Source: an uncultured Candidatus Poseidoniales archaeon (GTDB lineage: Archaea; Thermoplasmatota; Poseidoniia; Poseidoniales; CAYMED01). Taken from it: a stretch of 64,000 bases of DNA. The DNA lies in contig CAYMED010000002.1 in NCBI GenBank assembly GCA_964389655.1, positions 64,001 to 128,000 of the forward strand, given 5' to 3'. Position numbers and translations under genes: made by a program. The first letter of the stretch is position 1. Each line of letters begins with the position of its first letter. Below, one piece after another: positions 57,782 through 64,000 of the stretch. The notes under the pieces are model-generated. The model ran no database searches. It saw nothing but the letters and a program-made list of their open reading frames with translations, and was not told where the DNA came from.

Positions 57782-59311
57782 TCAACTTGAGCAAGATAGC
57801 ATGGAGCAGCCCACGCGATTTCTCGCCCACTCGGGTCTTTTCTGAAACCATTTTTCTTCCAGTTCGAATTGTTCATCATACGGATTCTTCAATAAAATGT
57901 GCAACTCTTCTGCAACTGAATAATCTCCTTTTTCGGCCGCATCGATAGCTAATTGCGCCATCCAATTTCGAAGTACATACTTTGGATTGGCACTACGCAT
58001 TTCATCTCGAATTGGCATCCCTTCAGTTCTAGACCACCATTTTTCCAACCAATTGTTCCAACTCTCAATCGGAATTGTTGATGAATCATAAAATGCCTCT
58101 TCCATGAACATGATGTCTGGAGATTCGATATGGCACAGTCGTCGGAAAAATATGGTCATATCGCTTTCAACTTCTTGTAACAATGTGACTAATTCGCTAA
58201 TGAGAGATTCATCGGGATCTGTAATTTGATCAATACCAAGTTTTGCGGCCCACATTATGTTGTTGTGTTGTTCGAATGTTCCATAATATGTTTCAAGAAC
58301 TTCATACAACATATCCTTGTTATCCATCAATGGCCCTATCGATTCGAGGAATCGCGCAAGATTCCAAGCCCCAATCTGTGGTTGTTGTCCATACTGATAT
58401 CGTCGGGTGGATGCATCGGTTGTATTGGGCGTCCATCTAGGGTTGAAATCTTCTAACCAACCGTATGGTCCATAATCTATGGTCAATCCATGAATGGACA
58501 TATTATCTGTATTCATGACGCCGTGGACAAAGCCTACGCGCATCCAATGTGCAATCATGATCGCAGTCTGTTCAGCGATGTCTTTCAACCACGATATTCT
58601 CCCATTATCGTCATTGATATAATGGTCTGGAAAATGGTGTTTGACCGTGTGTTCAACGAGAATTTTCAATGTTGAATCATCTCCTGAAATAGTGTGAATT
58701 TGATAACTACCGAATCTCAGAAAGCTTGGAGCGACTCGACATACTACCGCCCCGGGTTCTAGTTCTGGATTACCATCATACATGACATCTCGAATCACGG
58801 GTTCTCCCGTGGTCACCAAAGACAATGCGCGAGTGGTGGGTATACCCAAATGGTGCATCGCTTCACTACAGAGAAATTCTCGTATGGACGAACGGAGTAC
58901 CGCTTTACCATCTGCAAATCGTGAATAGGGGGTTTTTCCGGCCCCTTTGAGCTGCAATTCCAAGATTCCATTCTTTCCTTGCACCTCACCCAAAGTTATG
59001 GCCCTACCATCACCGAGTTGGTGTGCCCAATTTCCAAATTGGTGGCCACCGTATCTTTGCGCATAGGGATCCATGCCTTCTATGATTTTACCACCTCCAA
59101 GAATTTCTCCATCAGGGCGTTCAATATCCAATTCATCTGCCATTTCATCAGACCAAAGTTGAAGTTCAGGTGAAGGGGGGAGTGTTGGACTCACTCGTGA
59201 CCAGCAAGCATTCGGAATTTGGCGCGGTAGTCCGCCAATTTCCTTATCACCTGGAGTTTCATCTAAAAAACGACTGGACCATTGGAGTCCTTCAAGGGTA
59301 TTCTTGCTCAC
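57782..59311 (-). CDS. selO: Protein adenylyltransferase SelO/YdiU family
   Basis: [66 protein letters not shown]-terminal CSMLSCSS. Confidence 0.95.
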   Translation of the reverse strand: MSKNTLEGLQWSSRFLDETPGDKEIGGLPRQIPNACWSRVSPTLPPSPELQLWSDEMADELDIERPDGEILGGGKIIEGMDPYAQRYGGHQFGNWAHQLGDGRAITLGEVQGKNGILELQLKGAGKTPYSRFADGKAVLRSSIREFLCSEAMHHLGIPTTRALSLVTTGEPVIRDVMYDGNPELEPGAVVCRVAPSFLRFGSYQIHTISGDDSTLKILVEHTVKHHFPDHYINDDNGRISWLKDIAEQTAIMIAHWMRVGFVHGVMNTDNMSIHGLTIDYGPYGWLEDFNPRWTPNTTDASTRRYQYGQQPQIGAWNLARFLESIGPLMDNKDMLYEVLETYYGTFEQHNNIMWAAKLGIDQITDPDESLISELVTLLQEVESDMTIFFRRLCHIESPDIMFMEEAFYDSSTIPIESWNNWLEKWWSRTEGMPIRDEMRSANPKYVLRNWMAQLAIDAAEKGDYSVAEELHILLKNPYDEQFELEEKWFQKRPEWARNRVGCSMLSCSS

Positions 59312-62300
59312 GCCTATAACTCCGATGCAAGATTGCAGTTACAAGTAAACTCATTATTGCTAGCAATCCCGCAAACCCTGGCACAAATCCACCAGTTGCT
59401 TGTCCCCCTGTGCTGCTTGCAAGGTCTCCTCCAAGTTGTACGTTGACTGTAATATTTCGGAATTCCTCGCCATCATCAAACAAAATTGAAATCGGAACGT
59501 CTGCATCCGTATCTTCTGATACTGCAATCAGCGCCCCGATGGCCACCGTTGTTCCTGAATCTGTATTCCCATTTACGGTAACATTGATTGTTCCCCCTTC
59601 AGGATCTGAACATTTTGCAATGATCCAGTATTTTCCTGGGGGAACTGGAATTGGTGGTAGATTAGATATATTCAATGCAGGAATTACGGCATCACCTTGC
59701 ACGACCATACCTTGGGATTCTAGTGCCGTATACACAGCACAGGTTGGCGGGAAATTTGCTGGACAACCAAGGCGTGCAGAAATTCCCTCAATGAGTGGGC
59801 ACAGGTCAACGGAGTCAACAAATCCATCTCCATCCGTGTCTCTTTCACTTGGACCACAGCCTGCTAAATTGACAGTGTCTCCGCTGGGCGTTGATGGGCA
59901 AAGGAGGTCAAATGAATCTTTGATACCATCATTGTCGCTATCCTTCTGTGATGGTGAACATCCGCGCATCAAACCAGTCAAGTCGACCGTTTCACCTGCT
60001 GGTGTACTTGTGCAATTATCACCTGTATTGAATACCCCGTCGCCGTCATCATCGAGTTCATTTTGGGCACATCCCAAGTCTGCTGATGATACATCTAGGA
60101 TGACTGCTGAACCAGCGGATGTGGAAGGACATTTTGTATCTGAGATGTCCTTGACGCCATCTAAGTCCGTGTCTTTTTGAGAGACCGAACATCCCCTCCA
60201 TATTCCACTTACGTCTGCGGTTTCTGTGGTGGGGGTTCCAGGACAATTGTCCTTGTCAACCCCACCATCCATAACCCCATCTCCATCTTCATCTGCTGTC
60301 GATGAGGCGCAACCCGTGGCGCTGGAAACAGGAGTTCCGATGACTGTCAACGGACACTGGTCTGCCGCATCTAAAACCCCATCATTATCATCATCAGAAT
60401 CACATCCGTCTGGTATCAAATCGGAATCATAATCTGCTTTATCATCAAATCCAGCACATGCATCGTCTCGGTTGATGACGCCATCTGCATCATCATCTTT
60501 CTGTGGTTGTGAACAACCAATCCAATCACCGGTCAAATCAGCGGTTTCTGTGGTGGGGGTTCCAGAACAATTGTCCATCTCATCCGAGACCCCATCACCA
60601 TCCGAATCTAGGATGATCAAATCAGAGCCGTCGCAATCTTGATCGATTCCATCGTTTGCAATCTCTATTGCCCCTGGGTGGATGTTCGGGCTACCGTCGT
60701 CACAATCATCCATATCTGCAAAATAACCATCGCCGTCATTATCGATTTGTGAAATTTCAAAGCACTTTTCTTTCTGTTCCAACTTATTATCATCAGCACC
60801 AACTCCTACGAAAAGTGTTGCATTTAAGCAATAGCCTGCTGGCGTTAGAAAATTTATCCATGAAGTATATTGATATCCCATTGTAAGGCTAATCCAAGAG
60901 AAATTTCCATAAGAAATCACAGTACGTTGAGTTTCATTCAGTAGGGTCCAATTAACACCGTACCACTCACCTAGGTCTTGTTCAAGCATCAAAAAGGTGA
61001 ATTTTGCAGACCCATTTGAGAATGGGTCGATTGTAACTTCCATCGTTGAATTATCAACAGCCCCCAATGTAATCACATCAAAAGTGATGCTTTTGGATCC
61101 ACGATCGCTGCTGATGTTATTGTTGTATAAGTTGACCGTTGCCGTATAGGTATCTTCAGCAACAGGTTTGAATGGATCAAGATACCAGTAATAGTTACCG
61201 CCGGATTTGAGCGGTGAATCGAATGAATCCGTTTGCGTATGGACGGTGGTTCCACTTGAATCCTTGACCACTAAACTGTGTGTATAATTTCGACCAGATG
61301 TTGTCAGATAGTAAGGCATCCCACCATATTGTGCCCACAAACTGATGTTGCTGCCCAATTGATACGATGGAGTGGATGGTTGGACAGATCTGATGTCTGA
61401 CTCGTCTCCGTATGTAAATTCTGAATCAGCCCACGTCCATCCCGTTGCATCCACACCTTTTGCCGTGATTTTGGCGACTATGATGTAAGTGCTATTGCTT
61501 CTGTTATAGGACCACCCGGGATTGCTTCCGTTTGCACCGACCATCATATTTTGCATGGGTAGGGTGATGGTTGATGAGTAGGAAGTTACTCCTGTAATTC
61601 CAGAAATATTTCCAGACCCGTTGTAGCCCCACACAGTAGATGGTGAAGATCCCCATGTATGCTGATATACATTTCCAAGTGACCAATTGATGTCATACGT
61701 AGCAGATGAATTTAGGCCATATAATCGCACAGGGATCGTGATCTCAATCTCACTTCCTAGATAATCAGTCTTAGACATATTGATGTGGATCAATTCCGTT
61801 CCAATAATTCCCGTATCTACAACATCAAAAGTGATGCTTTTGGATCCACGATCGCTGCTGATGTTATTGTTGTATAAGTTGACCGTTGCCGTATAGGTAT
61901 CTTCAGCAACAGGTTTGAATGGATCAAGATACCAGTAATAGTTACCGCCGGATTTGAGCGGTGAATCGAATGAATCCGTTTGCGTATGGACGGTGGTTCC
62001 ACTTGAATCCTTGACCACTAAACTGTGTGTATAATTTCGACCAGATGTTGTCAGATAGTAAGGCATCCCACCATATTGTGCCCACAAACTGATGTTGCTG
62101 CCCAATTGATACGATGGAGTGGATGGTTGGACAGATCTGATGTCTGACTCGTCTCCGTATGTAAATTCTGAATCAGCCCACGTCCATCCCGTTGCATCCA
62201 CACCTTTTGCCGTGATTTTGGCGACTATGATGTAAGTGCTATTGCTTCTGTTATAGGACCACCCGGGATTGCTTCCGTTTGCACCGACCATCATATTTTG

Positions 62301-62702
62301 CATGGGTAGGGTGATGGTTGATGAGTAGGAAGTTACTCCTGTAATTCCAGAAATATTTCCAGACCCGTTGTAGCCCCACACAGTAGATGGTGAAGATCCC
62401 CATGTATGCTGATATACATTTCCAAGTGACCAATTGATGTCATACGTTACTGATGCGTTCAAGCCAGTTGCTTGCACAGGAATTGTGATGGATAACTCAT
62501 CTCCTTGGTACGCGGTTTTGGTCATGTTGATGTTGATCGTCTCATTCCCTGTAAATGCACGACCAGACGTCGAAGCAATGGCTGGCGTGGCCAGTGTTGC
62601 TGAAATTGCTAACAACATCACTGCAACCATTGAGACGCTTTGAACACGAAGGGGCTTCATGCGTTGTTTTTCATAAGACATGATCCTACTCGTGAATTTC
62701 AT
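59292..62702 (-). CDS. Surface glycoprotein: duplicated N-terminal module, MopE-like Cys/Asp motif, TSP3 repeats, PGF-CTERM
   Basis: Signal peptide; 249-aa tandem module; [27 protein letters not shown]; DxDxDGVxDxxDxC repeats; VPGF + TM + RSYRRE. Start may be 62660. Confidence 0.87.
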   Translation of the reverse strand: MKFTSRIMSYEKQRMKPLRVQSVSMVAVMLLAISATLATPAIASTSGRAFTGNETININMTKTAYQGDELSITIPVQATGLNASVTYDINWSLGNVYQHTWGSSPSTVWGYNGSGNISGITGVTSYSSTITLPMQNMMVGANGSNPGWSYNRSNSTYIIVAKITAKGVDATGWTWADSEFTYGDESDIRSVQPSTPSYQLGSNISLWAQYGGMPYYLTTSGRNYTHSLVVKDSSGTTVHTQTDSFDSPLKSGGNYYWYLDPFKPVAEDTYTATVNLYNNNISSDRGSKSITFDVVDTGIIGTELIHINMSKTDYLGSEIEITIPVRLYGLNSSATYDINWSLGNVYQHTWGSSPSTVWGYNGSGNISGITGVTSYSSTITLPMQNMMVGANGSNPGWSYNRSNSTYIIVAKITAKGVDATGWTWADSEFTYGDESDIRSVQPSTPSYQLGSNISLWAQYGGMPYYLTTSGRNYTHSLVVKDSSGTTVHTQTDSFDSPLKSGGNYYWYLDPFKPVAEDTYTATVNLYNNNISSDRGSKSITFDVITLGAVDNSTMEVTIDPFSNGSAKFTFLMLEQDLGEWYGVNWTLLNETQRTVISYGNFSWISLTMGYQYTSWINFLTPAGYCLNATLFVGVGADDNKLEQKEKCFEISQIDNDGDGYFADMDDCDDGSPNIHPGAIEIANDGIDQDCDGSDLIILDSDGDGVSDEMDNCSGTPTTETADLTGDWIGCSQPQKDDDADGVINRDDACAGFDDKADYDSDLIPDGCDSDDDNDGVLDAADQCPLTVIGTPVSSATGCASSTADEDGDGVMDGGVDKDNCPGTPTTETADVSGIWRGCSVSQKDTDLDGVKDISDTKCPSTSAGSAVILDVSSADLGCAQNELDDDGDGVFNTGDNCTSTPAGETVDLTGLMRGCSPSQKDSDNDGIKDSFDLLCPSTPSGDTVNLAGCGPSERDTDGDGFVDSVDLCPLIEGISARLGCPANFPPTCAVYTALESQGMVVQGDAVIPALNISNLPPIPVPPGKYWIIAKCSDPEGGTINVTVNGNTDSGTTVAIGALIAVSEDTDADVPISILFDDGEEFRNITVNVQLGGDLASSTGGQATGGFVPGFAGLLAIMSLLVTAILHRSYRREQEYP
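61075..62447. repeat. Direct repeat: 626-bp copies at 61075-61700 and 61822-62447 (747-nt period), identical by eye
   Basis: Side-by-side reading found no mismatch; shadow ORFs are also duplicated at a 747-nt offset (61504 vs 62251). Confidence 0.95.
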
Positions 62703-62714
62703 AGTTTTATACTT

Positions 62715-63686
62715 TTATTCAGCAATCCCTGAAAGAATAATTCTGATGCTATCGAGATCATTTGACTGAATGAATCCCTCCTGTTTTTGGGAATCAACAT
62801 TCACTTTTTCAAGCCACAAGTCGTACTCGTTGACGCGCCAAAGGGGCGCGCCCCGCAGAATTATTTCATCAATAAAACCGCGTTTCGCAGAACTGACAAG
62901 GAGAGTTGGGATTCCAAGTATTGCTGCCTCACAAGCAACAGTTGTCGATTGTGAAATGACGCCAGCATGTGCTAATGCGCGATATGGGCCATTCCACGGT
63001 CGATCGATCTTCTCACGTTCAATCCACTGAACAAGCGGCCGGTCCATTTTCGTTAATAGGTCTCCAATGTGTTCTATTTCGTTGTCATCATGTCCTCCAT
63101 CACCGTGCAGATGGCGAACAAGGATTGAATTTCTTTCCTGTTTGAATGATGGTGTCGTTTTCATGTGCAATTCAGGGTGCAATAAATCATGTCTCGTGAC
63201 TTTGATGTCTAGATGTTCAATCGACTTAAGCCATCCTCCATCGAGATCTTTTCGCCAATAGGATGGTACAATGACATGAGTGGCAGCCTTACGAATGAGT
63301 TGCAGGCTTTTTTCATCGATTTCTGTATCAACTAGCACCATTCGTTCTACGATGCCCGCCCGCATTCCAGCAACAAGATCAATTCCTGCATTGACAGCAA
63401 CCATGCGCTCGCCCCTTTCATGTGTCCGTATCCATCGTTTTACTTTCTGGAGTCTTTTCCCAGCAATCCAAATTTTTTGAAAGCGGTTCACCCCGGATCC
63501 AGCGGGTCTTGGAACCCATAACAGTGGCCGTAAAGGCAAGGGTGAATTTTCATCATCCAGCAGATTTCGCACTTCAGGGCGATCCACGGCGATGATTCGA
63601 TCACGGTCACTGCCCGAGCAAATTGATGCTGCAAGAATATGCACATGTGCGGGGTGATCAATCACCCAGAATGTGCTCGGTTGCAT
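62715..63686 (-). CDS. DUF354-like putative GT-B glycosyltransferase
   Basis: N-terminal IDHPAHVH, DTE, T.ACEAAILGIPT. Confidence 0.7.
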   Translation of the reverse strand: MQPSTFWVIDHPAHVHILAASICSGSDRDRIIAVDRPEVRNLLDDENSPLPLRPLLWVPRPAGSGVNRFQKIWIAGKRLQKVKRWIRTHERGERMVAVNAGIDLVAGMRAGIVERMVLVDTEIDEKSLQLIRKAATHVIVPSYWRKDLDGGWLKSIEHLDIKVTRHDLLHPELHMKTTPSFKQERNSILVRHLHGDGGHDDNEIEHIGDLLTKMDRPLVQWIEREKIDRPWNGPYRALAHAGVISQSTTVACEAAILGIPTLLVSSAKRGFIDEIILRGAPLWRVNEYDLWLEKVNVDSQKQEGFIQSNDLDSIRIILSGIAE

Positions 63687-63780
63687 GCCCGTGCGAAGGG
63701 TGCTGTATTGATCGGCTTTGGCCTAACCAGTCAATATGAATCATGCGAATAATCATCATATTAGTCGATCACCGGCTGGT

Positions 63781-64000
63781 ATGGCAAAAGAGCGAATCGA
63801 TACAGGCGCGCAGGTCTTTGGACCTTACAGCCCCGGGGTAAAAAGCGGTGGTGTCATTTGGTTAGCTGGACAAATTGCCCCGGACGCAGGGGGTGTTTCT
63901 GAGCAAACTCAAGCGTGTTTAGACAAAGTCGATGCCTTGTTGGCGTCAGCGGGGACTTCCAAACACGCTGCGACTTTCGTACAGGTTTTACTTAAGGATA
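63781..64000 (+). CDS. RidA/YjgF/UK114 family protein (3'-truncated; absent from the ORF track)
   Basis: Own translation: MAKERIDTGAQVFGPYSPGVKSGGVIWLAGQIAPDAGGVSEQTQACLDKVDALLASAG...; GPYS, AGQI and EQT motifs. Confidence 0.88.
   Translation, partial: MAKERIDTGAQVFGPYSPGVKSGGVIWLAGQIAPDAGGVSEQTQACLDKVDALLASAGTSKHAATFVQVLLKD

Noticed and set aside
57782-57800. Selenocysteine read-through in SelO (TGA stop)
   Set aside because: The Sec-equivalent position is Cys, and the TGA follows the normal CSS terminus
61075-62447. Direct repeats as LTR/IS ends or a diversity-generating retroelement TR/VR pair
   Set aside because: In-frame and intragenic; no transposase or reverse transcriptase; no adenine-specific mismatches
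1-64000. CRISPR array, rRNA, tRNA, integrase or defence genes
   Set aside because: Intergenic gaps are short (under about 165 nt); no repeat-spacer pattern, cloverleaf or relevant protein motifs seen by eye

Overview
Gene-dense archaeal chromosomal window, most consistent with Thermoplasmatota, probably Marine Group II/Poseidoniales (inferred from gene content, not from a phylogenetic marker). Housekeeping genes: archaetidylserine decarboxylase, RaSEA radical SAM, YchF, PMM/PGM, RNase Z, aIF-1A/RIO1/Dim2, SufE, UppS, Nudix, SelO, DUF354 and a partial RidA. There is an 11-subunit complex I-like operon (nuoABCDHIJ1J2KLMN) with no nuoEFG, and many large secreted or membrane-anchored modular proteins (beta-propellers, TSP3 repeats, PKD, CARDB/NEW3, S8 and M14 peptidases, PGF-CTERM anchors). 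Most unusual signals: (1) a CcoN/heme-copper-oxidase-like 12-TM protein that appears to have lost all six metal-ligand histidines and is fused to two EF-hands and a SAP/HeH-like tail; (2) a flavoprotein disulfide-reductase homologue lacking both redox cysteines; (3) a Tudor/SH3-like insert inside NuoI; (4) a 626-bp identical block within an otherwise diverged 747-bp intragenic duplication; (5) a 1431-aa secreted protein of unknown fold with recurring beta-Pro-beta motifs. I found no rRNA, tRNA, CRISPR array or mobile element. All family assignments come from motif recognition by eye; no searches were run.
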